A stretch of 64,000 nt of DNA from Xanthobacteraceae bacterium. Lineage in GTDB: Bacteria; Pseudomonadota; Alphaproteobacteria; Rhizobiales; Xanthobacteraceae. Shown piece after piece: positions 54,326 through 64,000 of the stretch. The number at the start of each line of letters is the position of its first letter. Position 1 is the first letter of the stretch. Position numbers and translations under genes: made by a program. Below the pieces are notes generated by a model. It saw nothing but the letters and a program-made list of their open reading frames with translations. It did not search any database and was not told the DNA's origin. The DNA is taken from NCBI GenBank assembly GCA_036845025.1, contig DAIUEQ010000002.1, forward strand, positions 5,409 through 69,408, in the 5' to 3' direction.

Positions 54326-55045
54326 TTAAGCGGCCGCTGTTTCTTCGGAATCCCCGCGAGAGCGCCGCCGACGTGATCGCAGTCCGCAAAGGCGGCTAGG
54401 GATAGCGGAGAGATCGCCGAGCAGGCCGACAGCGCGCTGACCGCGGCCAAGCGCGCGATCGAGGGCTGCCATCGTCCGCGCCTGGCCGGGGTCGTCGTCA
54501 TCCACCCAGGTGCGCAGCACCGAGGCGAACAAAAGCGCAAGTCCTTGCGCGCGGATCATTCCCCGCGGACCCGAGGCGTTGATACCGGCTGCCGTCAGCA
54601 TCCATTGCTGCGAGCGTACCGCGAGGCCATTGAGCGCCAGCGCGAGTGGAGGATTGCTGCGCGACGAACGCAGCAGCGACCGCACCGCGTCGCGTTGCTC
54701 GGCGAGAACTTCAAGCCGCCGCATCAAAACGTCGAACAGCCGCTCGCGCGCGGGTTCTTCGGACATGTCGTGCATGTCCTGCGCGAGAACCGCGCGGTCG
54801 GTGGCTTTGACATATGCCGCGAGCACGGCAAACGTCGAAGCAAATTCGCCGCGGACTTGAGCCAGCGAGAGGCCGCTCCGTTGCGCGATGTCGTTAAAAC
54901 CGATGGCCGCAAACGGTTTGTCTTCAAGAAGCACAAAAAACGCGGTGATAATTTTCTCGCGGTCCGTCTGCGGGGCGGAAGCCGCGGTTCGGGCCGAACG
55001 CGGTGCGGGCTTACGAACGGTCTTGCGAGCGGCTCTCTTGGCCAT
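54326..55045 (-). CDS. TetR/AcrR-family transcriptional regulator
   Basis: 239 aa with a basic N-terminal tail followed by a TetR HTH (FNDIAQRSGLSLAQVRGEF). Confidence 0.8.
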   Translation of the reverse strand: MAKRAARKTVRKPAPRSARTAASAPQTDREKIITAFFVLLEDKPFAAIGFNDIAQRSGLSLAQVRGEFASTFAVLAAYVKATDRAVLAQDMHDMSEEPARERLFDVLMRRLEVLAEQRDAVRSLLRSSRSNPPLALALNGLAVRSQQWMLTAAGINASGPRGMIRAQGLALLFASVLRTWVDDDDPGQARTMAALDRALGRGQRAVGLLGDLSAIPSRLCGLRSRRRRSRGDSEETAAA

Positions 55046-55126
55046 AAGCGGACTCCTTCACTAACGCCGGCCTCCCAGAACCCTATTGTAGGTTCTAAGC
55101 CCCGCGGTTCCAAGACAGAGGCCGTC

Positions 55127-55966
55127 TCATTGAGCAAGCTGCCGTGAGCGATCGGTTGCGGCGGCGACCGCCCTTGTCATGAGCGACACGAGCCCATTCT
55201 GGCCCATTAGAATCGCGAGGGCAGCAGCGGTGGTGCCGCCCGGCGACGTCACGTTTTCGCGCAGCAAGGCCGCATCGACATTCGTCTGGCGCAACAATTC
55301 GCCGGAACCGGAGATGGTCTCGCGGGCAAGTTTTTCGGCCAGCTCTGGGGGGAGTCCTGCCTCGATGCCGGCGAGCGCTAAAGCTTCGGCGAGCAAGAAG
55401 ACATAAGCCGGCCCTGACCCCGACACTGCGGTCACCGCATCCATGAGCGACTCGTCTTCGATCCAGTCGACCGTACCGGTCGCGGACAAGAGGTCACCGG
55501 CCAACTTGTGCTGTTGGGGATTTGCGCCGCGCGCCACCGCGACAGTAATGCCGCGGCCGATAGCGGCCGGCAGATTGGGCATGGCTCGCACCAGCGGGCA
55601 ACCGCGCGGTAGCCCGTTAGCCAGGGAGAGTAGCGTTCTGCCGGCCATGATCGATACGACGACAGTGCTTGCGGCAATGGACGGCGCCGCCGCAGCCAAT
55701 GCTTCCGCTGCGGCTTGCGGCTTTACGGCAATGACGACGGCCGCGGCGCCTGCAAGTTGCGCGGCGTTCGGGTTCAGGTGTAAGCCGCGCGCCCCAAGGG
55801 CCGACATTGCCGGTGTCGGCTGCGGTTCGATCACCATAATGCGACCTGGATCGAATCCGAAATTGAGCCAGCCATCGAGCAGCGCGCCACCCATCTTCCC
55901 GGCGCCGATCAAAACAAGCGGCCCGGGTAAGTCGGGCAATTCTCCATTGTCCCTTGGGGCGGTCAT
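55127..55966 (-). CDS. proC: Pyrroline-5-carboxylate reductase
   Basis: Start is at ATG 55966. It has a Rossmann motif (LVLIGAGKMGGALLDG) and the P5CR C-terminal block (VTSPGGTTAAAL). Confidence 0.85.
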   Translation of the reverse strand: MTAPRDNGELPDLPGPLVLIGAGKMGGALLDGWLNFGFDPGRIMVIEPQPTPAMSALGARGLHLNPNAAQLAGAAAVVIAVKPQAAAEALAAAAPSIAASTVVVSIMAGRTLLSLANGLPRGCPLVRAMPNLPAAIGRGITVAVARGANPQQHKLAGDLLSATGTVDWIEDESLMDAVTAVSGSGPAYVFLLAEALALAGIEAGLPPELAEKLARETISGSGELLRQTNVDAALLRENVTSPGGTTAAALAILMGQNGLVSLMTRAVAAATDRSRQLAQ

Positions 55967-56161
55967 GGCGTTTATCCTCACGCGATGTGCGGAGCGCAGT
56001 ACGTGCTCGCCCGCTTCCAATGTATAGCGAGCCTTTGCGCCGCTTCCGAGCGGCGCGGCGCCTTATTACGGGAGGTTCGGCAAGCGATGGGGGTGTTAGC
56101 GGGCTGTCCGCCGTGCGCTTAGCGTGCGCCGTCACCGCGACCCCTTACAGAACTTGAACGA

Positions 56162-56659
56162 TTACGCCTCGCCCGAGGTCTCGAACATTGCGGTTTCCAT
56201 GGCTTCCCGTGCCGATTTTCCTGCCCAGACCACGAACTGGAATGCCGGAAAATACCGCTCGCAGGCATCGAGCGCGGCGCCGAGAACCGCTTCGCATTGG
56301 CGGCCGGAGGCGTTGACGCCGGCGAGTACAAGGGCGTGACGGAACATCACGACGCCGTTTTGCGCCCAAATGTCGAAATGTCCGATCCACAATTGCTCGT
56401 TGATAAGCGAGATCAGGTGCTGCACCTCGTTGAGGCGCATCTCGGTAACGCGCATGTCGAAGGCGCAGGCCAGATGCAGCGCCTCGATCTCGCTCATCCA
56501 GGTGAATGAGACCTGATAGTTGGTCCAGCGACTGGTGACGATGATCGCGACCTCGTCTTCGCCGGCGCGCTCGAACGGCCAGTTGTTGCCGGCCGCCAAG
56601 TGTTCGACGACCTCGAGAGGATTATTCGCGTGATCTTGAGTAATTTCGATGAGGGACAT
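56162..56659 (-). CDS. YbjN-domain protein
   Basis: Start is at ATG 56659 (MSLIEITQDHANNPLEVVEHLAA..). It is ~165 aa and acidic, and sits upstream of proC as is common in alphaproteobacteria (from memory). Confidence 0.65.
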   Translation of the reverse strand: MSLIEITQDHANNPLEVVEHLAAGNNWPFERAGEDEVAIIVTSRWTNYQVSFTWMSEIEALHLACAFDMRVTEMRLNEVQHLISLINEQLWIGHFDIWAQNGVVMFRHALVLAGVNASGRQCEAVLGAALDACERYFPAFQFVVWAGKSAREAMETAMFETSGEA

Positions 56660-56789
56660 GCCGCCTCCACAGCGCGGGTTGGAGTGGAAATGCGCACACC
56701 AGACACATCGCCCAAGCTTGGGTTTCGACCCGCACCAGACTGTTGCCTCACACCGACAACCGACGTCACGGCAAACAACTAAGCGACCT

Positions 56790-56832
56790 CGCGAATCAGT
56801 CGCGCGTCCCAATATATCCGCGCGGATTCGCG
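56790..56832. other. Strong extragenic hairpin (8 + 6 bp stem with a 3-nt bulge, 12-nt AT-rich loop)
   Basis: cgcgaatc-agt-cgcgcg / loop tcccaatatatc / cgcgcg-gattcgcg. It lies within the 418-nt non-coding gap between prs and ybjN. Confidence 0.6.
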
Positions 56833-57077
56833 CACTAAAGATTTGTCGACCGTCGGCCCGTAGTTATCCCGGCCCTCATGAAGTGATTTGCGTCCCGCCG
56901 ACAATGGAGCCGACTCCGCCATCCACAAGGGCGGCCTGCGACAAGTTGACTCGGGGTGAGTCAGTGACCGAGTCGTATCCGCAGGCGTCGTCACGATCCT
57001 GATGGACCGTCGGAGCGGAGCGCGTTGGGTGACTTCTGTTCGGTGCTGATCGCGGCGGTGCGCGAGAACAAGCCCGA

Positions 57078-58034
57078 CTAATCGAAGAACAGGCTTGAGA
57101 CCGATGCTTCCAACGCCGTGCGGCTGATGGCTTCGCCGAGCAGATTCGCAATGGGAAGCACGCGAATGTTCGGGGACTGTTTCACGGCCTCGGTCGGCTG
57201 AATTGAATCGGTGATAACAAGTTCTTTCAAGTTTGATTGGTTGACGCGGGCCACGGCGCCGCCGGACAGCACGCCGTGGCTGATATAGCCGTACACCGAG
57301 CTTGCGCCTTTTTCCAACAGGGCATCGGCGGCATTGAGCAAGGTGCCGCCGGAATCCATGATGTCGTCGACGAGGATACAAACATGTCCATCGACTTCGC
57401 CGATGACGTTCGCCACTTCGGATTCGCCGGGCCGTTCGCGCCGCTTGTCAACGATGGCAAGCGGTGCGTTGATCCGCTTGGCGAGGCCGCGTGCGCGCAC
57501 GACGCCGCCGACGTCGGGCGAAACCACGATCACATCGTCGAGTGCGAAGCGTTGTTTGATGTCGCGCACCATAACCGGAGACGCGAACAGATTGTCCGTA
57601 GGGATGTCGAAAAAGCCCTGGATCTGCCCGGCGTGAAGATCAAGCGTTAGCACGCGGTCGGCGCCGGCGCGGGTGATAAGATTGGCGACCAACTTGGCGG
57701 AAATCGGCGTCCGCGGTCCCGGTTTGCGGTCTTGCCGCGCATAGCCGAAATACGGGATCACCGCGGTGATGCGGCGCGCCGACGCGCGGCGCAGCGCGTC
57801 GATGATGATCAGCAATTCCATCAAGTGATCGTTCGCCGGGAAGGACGTCGACTGCAAAACGAAAACGTCGGCGCCGCGAACGTTCTCCTGGATTTCGACG
57901 AAAATCTCCATATCGGCGAAACGGCGAACCAGCGCCTTGGTCAACGGTATGCCGATATAAGCACCGACGCCTTCGGCAAGCGCAGGATTCGAATTGCCGG
58001 CGACGAGCTTGATTGCTCCGTTGTTGCTCGCCAT
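57078..58034 (-). CDS. prs: Ribose-phosphate pyrophosphokinase
   Basis: Start is at ATG 58034 ([20 protein letters not shown]). PRPP-synthase blocks are present ([33 protein letters not shown]). Confidence 0.95.
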   Translation of the reverse strand: MASNNGAIKLVAGNSNPALAEGVGAYIGIPLTKALVRRFADMEIFVEIQENVRGADVFVLQSTSFPANDHLMELLIIIDALRRASARRITAVIPYFGYARQDRKPGPRTPISAKLVANLITRAGADRVLTLDLHAGQIQGFFDIPTDNLFASPVMVRDIKQRFALDDVIVVSPDVGGVVRARGLAKRINAPLAIVDKRRERPGESEVANVIGEVDGHVCILVDDIMDSGGTLLNAADALLEKGASSVYGYISHGVLSGGAVARVNQSNLKELVITDSIQPTEAVKQSPNIRVLPIANLLGEAISRTALEASVSSLFFD

Positions 58035-58221
58035 TCCGCTCTCCCGCCCGCGCGGCCTCGAGACACATTCCCAGAAACCGCGCCACAAGCCTCGGCAACG
58101 CCCTGATACAAGCCGTTTCCAGAGCTGGCAACACGATTCCCGGCATTGTCCCCGCCCATAGTGAATAGCTGGTCACGCGTCGCGGCAAAGGCCGTAAGCC
58201 TGTTTGTTCGCCGGGCCAACT

Positions 58222-59001
58222 TTACGCGCCAGACGGTTCCTCAAGCGCGATTGCGCTGACGTGGCGGCCGTAATCGTTTTCGCTTCTGTGGGTCGAACGG
58301 CGGAAGCTGAAAAACTGCGCGTCGTCGGCGTAGGTACACAAGGCGAGGTCCTCTACCTGCCGAACGCCGGCGCGCGAGAGACGCCCACGTATATAGCCGG
58401 CAAGATCGAACAGGGCATGGCCGTCGCGGGTCGCCGCCGAGAAGAATCGCTCACTCGCCCGATCCTCGGCGGTAAAGCGCGTGATCAACTCGGATCCCAC
58501 TTCGTAGTTGTGTTGGCGGATCATCGGCCCGAGGGCGGCGACGATCCGCTCCGGGCGGGCGCCGAGCTCTTTCATTGCGACGACGGTGGCCTCGACGATT
58601 CCAGTGAGCGCCCCCCGCCATCCGGCATGCGCCGCACCGATCACGCGCGCCACCGGATCTGCAAGAAGGACCGGTCCGCAATCAGCCGTCGTCACGCCCA
58701 CCGCAAGACCGGGCGCGCGCGTCACGATTGCGTCAGCGCGCGGCCGCGCCTCATCTGCCCAAAGTGCGTTGACGATCGCGACGTCGGGCGAATGTGTCTG
58801 ATAGGGGGTCAGCAACGCATGCGGTTTTACGCCGAGTGCTTGTGCCATCCGCGCACGATTTTCGGCGACCGACGCGGTGTCGTCGTGCGAGCCCAATCCG
58901 CCATTCAACGTCGCATAAAGGCCGCCCGACACTCCGCCATCCCGGGTAAAGAACGCATGCCGCACGCCGGCAAGTGCAAGAGTGGGTGCAGTAACGGTCA
59001 T
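58222..59001 (-). CDS. pgeF: YfiH/PgeF-family purine nucleoside phosphorylase/peptidoglycan editing factor (polyphenol-oxidase-like)
   Basis: 259 aa with family blocks (VRHAFFTRDGGVS, QTHS, TADCGPVLL, AHAGWRG, CTY..FFSFRR). Confidence 0.85.
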   Translation of the reverse strand: MTVTAPTLALAGVRHAFFTRDGGVSGGLYATLNGGLGSHDDTASVAENRARMAQALGVKPHALLTPYQTHSPDVAIVNALWADEARPRADAIVTRAPGLAVGVTTADCGPVLLADPVARVIGAAHAGWRGALTGIVEATVVAMKELGARPERIVAALGPMIRQHNYEVGSELITRFTAEDRASERFFSAATRDGHALFDLAGYIRGRLSRAGVRQVEDLALCTYADDAQFFSFRRSTHRSENDYGRHVSAIALEEPSGA

Positions 59002-59004
59002 GCG

Positions 59005-60105
59005 TCACGCCTCAAATCCTGGCAATGCGCCGAGCTTTGGATCGGCGACCGCAATCACCTTGAATAATTCACCCATCGCTCCCTGCTTCGCCTCGGTCAG
59101 CCGAATTACTGCTTGATCGATTTCAGCGGCTTTGGCGGCGGCGGCGCTCGCCTTGAGCGTTGCCGCACGCTTTTCGATACCGAGGCGGCGCAGAAAATCA
59201 CCTTGGGTCAATGGGCCATGGGCGCGTGCGCCCATCATTTCGGCGCTCTGCGCGAATGCCCTGAAATCGACGTGTGCGGTGAGGTCAGCCCGCCCTGGCG
59301 CTTGCAGCGGGTCTGCGAAGGCGTGGCCGGCGACGGCCTGCAAGGTCTCACCCAGGCCGTGAGATCCGTGACCATAATCGATGATCAGAGCGGCGCCCTC
59401 ATCGCGCACGCGCCGGCCGATCTCCATCGCGATCGTGTCGGGACGCCATTCGAAGATCGAGTTTTCCGCCGCTTGCCGCAATTCACGCGGCAAGGTGGCG
59501 TTGAAGTGTGGCAGCGCGATCGCGGCGATGCCGATGACCAAATCGCCATCCGGGCCGATCTCGACGACGCGCTCGTGCCAGCTGTCCGCCTGTTTGACGG
59601 CTTGGTGAATCGGCAACGCATCGATGAATTCGTTGGCAAGGATGATACTGGGACCGGGCGGGACATCGGCGAGCGCTTCGTGCCACAACGCCGGTACGTC
59701 AAAACCGTGCAGCACTTGCCGCTGCGCTTCTTTAAGTTTCGGATTGATTTCCACGAGATGCAGAACAACGGCCGAGTGAAAACCCTTTACGATTTTGGCG
59801 GCCCGCAAGGCGTCGCGGATCATGGTACCGCGGCCGGGTCCGAGTTCGATGATTCGGATATTTTCGGGCGCGCCCATTTGTTGCCACACCGCGGCCGACC
59901 ATAGGCCGACGAGCTCACCGAACATCTGGCTTATTTCAGGTGCGGTGACGAAGTCGCCGGCGGCGCCGATCGCTTCGCGCACGAGATAATAACCGTGTTC
60001 GGGATGGGTGAGGCACAGCCTCATGTATTCCGCCAGCGGCATCGGGCCAGCGAGGGCAATCAGCCGGCGGATCTCGCTCTCCAGCGGTGAAGAATCTTCA
60101 GGCAT
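59005..60105 (-). CDS. Class I SAM-dependent methyltransferase, NDUFAF7/MidA (DUF185) family
   Basis: 366 aa with family blocks ([37 protein letters not shown]). Confidence 0.8.
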   Translation of the reverse strand: MPEDSSPLESEIRRLIALAGPMPLAEYMRLCLTHPEHGYYLVREAIGAAGDFVTAPEISQMFGELVGLWSAAVWQQMGAPENIRIIELGPGRGTMIRDALRAAKIVKGFHSAVVLHLVEINPKLKEAQRQVLHGFDVPALWHEALADVPPGPSIILANEFIDALPIHQAVKQADSWHERVVEIGPDGDLVIGIAAIALPHFNATLPRELRQAAENSIFEWRPDTIAMEIGRRVRDEGAALIIDYGHGSHGLGETLQAVAGHAFADPLQAPGRADLTAHVDFRAFAQSAEMMGARAHGPLTQGDFLRRLGIEKRAATLKASAAAAKAAEIDQAVIRLTEAKQGAMGELFKVIAVADPKLGALPGFEA

Positions 60106-60928
60106 TTTTCGTAATCGCCGGCCGGCCCAACGCGAAGATGAGTCCGATTACGCCCGCCACTATCAACGGAATCGACAGCAACATGCCCATGGTCAGGCCG
60201 CCCCAAAGAAAGCCAAGCTGCACGTCCGGCTCGCGGAAGAACTCGCAAAAAACGCGCAACACGCCATAGACTACCGCGAAACTGCTGCTGACGAGACCGG
60301 GCCGCTTGAGCGCGCCGCAACGCACGAGAACGCCGAGTACCGCCAAGAGCAACAAGCCTTCGAGGGCGGCTTCGTAAAGTTGACTTGGATGGCGCGGCAC
60401 AGGGCCGCCGGTGGGGAAGATCATGGCCCAAGGCACATCGCTCGGGCGACCCCACAATTCGCCATTGATGAAATTCGCGAGCCGCCCAAGGAACAGACCT
60501 ATAGGCGCAACCGCAAGCGTCACATCGCCGAGCGACAATATTGAGATGCCACGCCGGAGCGCGAATAATACGGTGGCAATGACGCTTCCTAACACGCCGC
60601 CGTGAAACGACATGCCGCCGTTCCATAGCTGAAGAATTTCGCTTGGATGCTCGCGGAAATGGGGAAAGTTGTAAAACAAAATGTAGCCGATGCGGCCGCC
60701 GAGAATAATCCCGAGCGTGATCCACACAATGAAATCATCGTAGTCCGCGACCGTGAGTGGCGCCGGCCCGCCCCATAATTTGGGCGACGCGATAATGGCG
60801 CGCGCGTAAATCCATCCGGCAATAATGCCGACGATATAGGCGAGCGCATACCAGCGCACGGCCAACGGCCCGATAGAAACCAGAACCGGGTCGATGTGCG
60901 GGAAGGTCAGGATCGGCAAGACCAACAT
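60098..60928 (-). CDS. lgt: Prolipoprotein diacylglyceryl transferase
   Basis: 276 aa with Lgt blocks ([49 protein letters not shown]). Confidence 0.9.
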   Translation of the reverse strand: MLVLPILTFPHIDPVLVSIGPLAVRWYALAYIVGIIAGWIYARAIIASPKLWGGPAPLTVADYDDFIVWITLGIILGGRIGYILFYNFPHFREHPSEILQLWNGGMSFHGGVLGSVIATVLFALRRGISILSLGDVTLAVAPIGLFLGRLANFINGELWGRPSDVPWAMIFPTGGPVPRHPSQLYEAALEGLLLLAVLGVLVRCGALKRPGLVSSSFAVVYGVLRVFCEFFREPDVQLGFLWGGLTMGMLLSIPLIVAGVIGLIFALGRPAITKNA

Positions 60929-61071
60929 CGATAACTCCGCCGCGGCGGCGGCATGTTACACTGCGTGGTGCCGTCCGGCCGTGAGCTCCGCATCTTGCGA
61001 TAGCGTCGCACCATTGCCATTGTGTAGGGACGGCGAGCAAGACTTAAGGAAACGGGGCTTCGGAGGCGACA

Positions 61072-61380
61072 ATGGTCCAGACGACGAACCGGTTCTTCGA
61101 CGAAGTTGCACGGTTAATGAACGACGCGGCCGGTGCCGCACAGGGTGTCCGGCGCGAGTTTGAAACACTGTTTCGCAGCCAGGCCGAGCGCATACTCCGC
61201 GACCTTGCCGTTGTCCAGCGAGAGGAATTCGAAGCGGTCAAAGACATGGCGCGGCTCGCTCGCGAGGAGAATGAAACGCTGAAATCCCGCGTTGCCGCAT
61301 TAGAGGCCAAAATCGGTGCAACGCCTCCGCCGGAAAAGCCGTCCGGTTATTCGAGCGGGGCCGGCGGGGCAGTCGGTTAG
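61072..61380 (+). CDS. ubiK: UbiK/BMFP-family accessory factor (coiled-coil)
   Basis: 102 aa with the N-terminus NRFFDEVARLMNDAAGAAQGVRRE, then a coiled coil (REEFEAVKDMARLAREENETLKSRVAALE). Confidence 0.7.
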   Translation: MVQTTNRFFDEVARLMNDAAGAAQGVRREFETLFRSQAERILRDLAVVQREEFEAVKDMARLAREENETLKSRVAALEAKIGATPPPEKPSGYSSGAGGAVG

Positions 61381-61396
61381 CCTGGCACGGGCTTTC

Positions 61397-61425
61397 TTGT
61401 TTTTCCGGGTTGGCGCCGCTATAAG
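61397..61425 (+). promoter_or_regulatory. Possible sigma70-type promoter for rplY (TTGTTT-17 nt-TATAAG)
   Basis: ttgttt at 61397-402 and tataag at 61420-425. This is pattern match only, and it overlaps the hairpin ggcgccgc/gcggcgcc (61412-61434). Confidence 0.3.
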
Positions 61426-61463
61426 CGCGGCGCCGCGGCTCAAATCTTACGACCTTTGGCACC

Positions 61464-61506
61464 CCTGGAGGCTGTCGCCGGACGTTTAGTCCGGCCAGGA
61501 TTTTGG
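61464..61506 (+). promoter_or_regulatory. Structured element in the ubiK-rplY spacer: a hairpin plus U-run, either an rplY leader/attenuator or the ubiK terminator
   Basis: The outer stem is cctgg (61464-68) / ccagg (61495-99). The inner perfect stem is gccggac-gttta-gtccggc. It is followed by attttgg. Confidence 0.45.
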
Positions 61507-61548
61507 CGCGGGCAACAGGCTTATAAACAAGGACTTGAGGACAAAGAC

Positions 61549-62310
61549 ATGGCGACCGTCAACGTGATCAAGGCGGCAGCGCGCCCGCGGGCCGGCAAGG
61601 GGGCCGCCCGGGCGGAGCGCAGAGCCGGCCGCGTACCCGGAATTATCTATGGCGACGGCAAGCCGCCGCTGCCGATCTCGCTTGATTATGCTGAGCTGCG
61701 CCAGCGCATCTTTGCCGGGCGTTTCCTCACCAGTGTTCACGAGGTCGAAGTTGACGGTGTCAAACATCGCGTCATCCCGCGAGATTTTCAGCTTGATACG
61801 GTGCGCGATCTTCCGCTGCACGTCGACTTCATGCGGCTGGGCGAGGGGGCGACCATCCGGGTGAATATTCCGGTTCACGTCTTGAACGCAGATCAATCGC
61901 CGGGGGTCAAACGCGGCGGCACGGTGTCGATCGTGACCCACACCGTCGAAGTTCGTTGTCTCGCTGACGACATTCCGGTTGCCATCGAGGTCGATGTCAG
62001 CGGACTGGAAATCAACTACTCGAAACACCTGAGCGATGTCGGCTTGCCGCCCGGTGTGCGCGCCGTCAGCGGCAGGGACATTACCCTTGTCACGGTTGTG
62101 CCGCCCTCCGGCTACGCGGAAGAAATTAAGGCTGCAGCCGAAGCTGCCGCAGCCGCCGCAGCCGCCGCCGCTGCCGCCGCCACAGCGGGTACGCCTGCAG
62201 AGGGCGGGGCTGGTGCCGCGCCCGGCGCGGCGCCCGGCGGCGCCCCTGCCGCTGGCGCTGCTGCGGCGCCCGCTGGCAAAGGAGCAGCCGGCGCTCCCGA
62301 GAAAAAGTGA
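61549..62310 (+). CDS. rplY: 50S ribosomal protein L25 / general stress protein Ctc (long form)
   Basis: Start is at ATG 61549 (MATVNVIKAAARPRAGKGAARAERRAGRVPGIIYG). It has the CTC-type two-domain body and an Ala/Pro/Gly-rich C-terminal tail. Confidence 0.9.
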   Translation: MATVNVIKAAARPRAGKGAARAERRAGRVPGIIYGDGKPPLPISLDYAELRQRIFAGRFLTSVHEVEVDGVKHRVIPRDFQLDTVRDLPLHVDFMRLGEGATIRVNIPVHVLNADQSPGVKRGGTVSIVTHTVEVRCLADDIPVAIEVDVSGLEINYSKHLSDVGLPPGVRAVSGRDITLVTVVPPSGYAEEIKAAAEAAAAAAAAAAAAATAGTPAEGGAGAAPGAAPGGAPAAGAAAAPAGKGAAGAPEKK

Positions 62311-62331
62311 GGTTGGCGCTAGGACACCGCG

Positions 62332-62946
62332 ATGCTGCTCCTGGTTGGACTGGGTAATCCGGGAGCACGCTATATCGGCAATCGCCACAACATCGGCTTC
62401 ATGGCCGTGCAGGCCATCGCCAAACGCCACGGCATCGGGCCGTGGCGCCGGCGGTTTCAAGGAGTCGCTTGTGAAGGACCCATCGGCGGAGAGCGCGTGC
62501 TCCTGTTGTTGCCGGGAACCTTTATGAACGAGTCCGGACGCGCTGTCGGTGAAGCCGCGCAATTTTACAAATTGCCTCCCGAGACGACCACTGTTTTCCA
62601 TGACGAGATCGAGCTGCCGCCCGGCAAGGTCAGAGTCAAAGTCGGCGGCGGGATTGCCGGTCATAACGGCTTGCGCTCGATCAGCGAGCATATTGGCAAC
62701 GACTACCGGCGCGTACGCATCGGCGTCGGTCATCCGGGCCACAAGGATTTGGTCGAACACTATGTCCTCAGTGATTTCGCCAAGAGCGAGTGGCCGTGGG
62801 TGGAGGCGCTCGTCGACATTCTGGCCGAAAATGTCGACCTTCTGGTCCGAGGAGAGGACGCAAGTTTTCAGAACAAAGTCCACCTTGCGATGCTGGCCAA
62901 GGGCTTTACCGAAAAGCCGGATGGCAACCTCCCGCTTGATCGGTGA
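62332..62946 (+). CDS. pth: Peptidyl-tRNA hydrolase
   Basis: 204 aa with the N-terminus [23 protein letters not shown] and the block [12 protein letters not shown]. Confidence 0.95.
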   Translation: MLLLVGLGNPGARYIGNRHNIGFMAVQAIAKRHGIGPWRRRFQGVACEGPIGGERVLLLLPGTFMNESGRAVGEAAQFYKLPPETTTVFHDEIELPPGKVRVKVGGGIAGHNGLRSISEHIGNDYRRVRIGVGHPGHKDLVEHYVLSDFAKSEWPWVEALVDILAENVDLLVRGEDASFQNKVHLAMLAKGFTEKPDGNLPLDR

Positions 62947-62956
62947 ATGAGCTCCC

Positions 62957-64000
62957 ATGGGTTTTAAATGCGGCATCGTCGGCTTGCCGAATGTCGGCAA
63001 ATCGACGCTCTTCAACGCGCTGACGGAGACCGCCGCGGCGCAGGCTGCCAATTATCCATTTTGCACCATCGAGCCGAATATCGGTGAAGTGGCGGTGCCA
63101 GACCCGCGGTTGGACAAGCTTGCGGTGCTTGCCAAATCGGCGGCGATCGTGCCGACGCGGCTGACATTCGTCGATATTGCCGGTCTTGTTCGCGGCGCCT
63201 CCAAAGGGGAGGGGCTGGGCAATCAGTTCCTCGGCAATATTCGCGAGGTCGATGCCGTCGTGCACGTGGTGCGCTGTTTCGAAGACGGCGAGGTTACCCA
63301 TGTCGAAGGCCGCGTTGATCCGATTGCCGACATCGAAACTGTCGAAACGGAATTGATGCTGGCCGATTTAGAAAGCCTCGAGCGCCGCATCGACGGGCTT
63401 GAACGCAAGTCGCGCGGTACCGATGCGGACGCCAAGGAAGCGAAGGAAGCCCTGGCTCTGGTCAATCGTGCACTGGCGCTTTTGCGCGACGGGAAACCGG
63501 CGAGGCTGACGGAGCGCAAAGCTGACGAAGAGCGAACCTTCCATTCGCTTGGACTGCTGACGGCGCTTCCGGTGCTTTACGTTTGCAATGTTGACGAAGC
63601 TTCGGCGGCGGCCGGCAACGGCTTTTCGCGCCTGGTCGAGGCTCGGGCCCGCGAGGAGGGCGCGGCTGCGATTGTCATTTCTGCCAAGATCGAGGCGGAA
63701 ATCGCCGCGCTGTCGCGAGACGAACGCCAGAGTTATCTGGCAGCGGTGGGGCTGAGCGAAGCCGGGCTCGATCGGCTCATTCGCGCCGGCTATGCGCTGC
63801 TAAATCTCGTTACCTTTTTTACCGCGGGGCCAAAGGAATCACGGGCGTGGACGGTGACCAGTGGCGCGAAAGCGCCGCAGGCCGCGGGCGTCATCCACAC
63901 CGACTTCGAGCGCGGCTTTATCCGCGCCGAAACGATTGCCTACGACGATTACGTGAACTGCGGCGGCGAAACCGGCGCGCGCGACGCCGGCAAGATGCGG
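62957..64000 (+). CDS. ychF: Ribosome-binding ATPase YchF (3' end outside window)
   Basis: This ORF is not in the supplied ORF track because there is no stop inside the window. ATG 62957 gives [23 protein letters not shown] (P-loop), [20 protein letters not shown], and the later TGS-domain start. The frame is open to nt 64000. Confidence 0.9.
   Translation, partial: MGFKCGIVGLPNVGKSTLFNALTETAAAQAANYPFCTIEPNIGEVAVPDPRLDKLAVLAKSAAIVPTRLTFVDIAGLVRGASKGEGLGNQFLGNIREVDAVVHVVRCFEDGEVTHVEGRVDPIADIETVETELMLADLESLERRIDGLERKSRGTDADAKEAKEALALVNRALALLRDGKPARLTERKADEERTFHSLGLLTALPVLYVCNVDEASAAAGNGFSRLVEARAREEGAAAIVISAKIEAEIAALSRDERQSYLAAVGLSEAGLDRLIRAGYALLNLVTFFTAGPKESRAWTVTSGAKAPQAAGVIHTDFERGFIRAETIAYDDYVNCGGETGARDAGKMR

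Noticed and set aside
56720-56737. tRNA-3'-end-like string gggtttcgacccgcacca
   Set aside because: The stem is only 3 bp and the loop is 6 nt. No acceptor, D or anticodon arms can be drawn on either strand, so it is not a tRNA or tmRNA piece.
56649-57002. 117-aa plus-strand ORF in the prs-ybjN gap
   Set aside because: Pro/Arg/Ser/Thr-rich translation, no start context, and overlap with the ybjN start. The region is treated as non-coding (see finding).
61383-61400. sigma54-like string TGGCAC-N5-TTCTT after ubiK
   Set aside because: The -12 element lacks the essential GC (TTCT instead of TTGC), and no enhancer-binding-protein context is present.
62140-62290. Repetitive GCC/GCG/GCT-rich tract that looks like a short tandem repeat
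   Set aside because: It is the in-frame Ala/Pro/Gly-rich C-terminal tail of L25/Ctc. It has no spacer-repeat periodicity and is not a CRISPR array or satellite.
61486-63051. 521-aa ORF on the minus strand spanning rplY, pth and the start of ychF
   Set aside because: It is antisense to three well-supported conserved genes. Its translation is Arg/Ala/Gly-rich with no recognisable domains. This is a typical long spurious frame in GC-rich DNA.

Overview
This is a GC-rich chromosomal segment. Its gene content looks alphaproteobacterial, probably Hyphomicrobiales/Rhizobiales. That placement is an inference from an EcfG-type GGAAC..CGTT promoter, an Irr/ICE-like box, Omp25/RopB-type porins, and the lgt-NDUFAF7-pgeF and ybjN-proC linkages. 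I call about 63 protein-coding genes. I recognised no rRNA, tRNA, CRISPR array, transposase, integrase or obvious phage-defence genes.

Layout, left to right:
- 1-2 kb: 3' end of a Mo-hydroxylase large subunit coupled to a Vgb-like beta-propeller gene.
- 2-10 kb: cspA, the mntH/mntR divergon, glmM, a small stress-type protein, lldD, cynS and aroE.
- 10-18 kb: aromatic-catabolism fragments (FAH-family gene, extradiol dioxygenase, fumarylacetoacetase) interrupted by a divergent pair of cyclic-nucleotide-binding membrane proteins, one of them an MloK1-like K+ channel. An NHL-repeat protein and an IlvD/Edd dehydratase follow.
- 18.5-30 kb: an accessory catabolic island. It holds a tightly packed 7-gene operon (2Fe-2S and Mo-hydroxylase subunits, FAH, Rieske protein, unknown ORF, amidohydrolase_2, formamidase), a divergent class-II-aldolase-like gene, a Tat-signal GH1 glucosidase, an oxidoreductase and an amidase.
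- 31-42.5 kb: LPS core/heptose block (ABC exporter, galE, waaF, hldD, hldE, O-antigen-ligase-like gene, epimerase, kdsD).
- 44-48.4 kb: purA, serA, serC.
- 48.5-53.3 kb: two porin-like OMP genes, then a second Wzy_C-like membrane protein with an Asp-box secreted protein.
- 53.3-64 kb: bfd-bfr, tetR, proC, ybjN, prs, pgeF, methyltransferase, lgt, ubiK, rplY, pth, ychF (3' end cut by the window).

Best candidates for something undescribed:
1. The FAD-subunit-less Mo-hydroxylase / Rieske / amidohydrolase / formamidase operon, whose substrate is unknown.
2. The membrane-anchored cNMP-binding-domain-only protein paired with a cNMP-gated K+ channel.
3. The Wzy_C-like plus Asp-box protein pair.
4. 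Two related long palindromic elements at 10.65-10.80 kb.

All functional calls come from reading the translations and motifs by eye. No database search was run.
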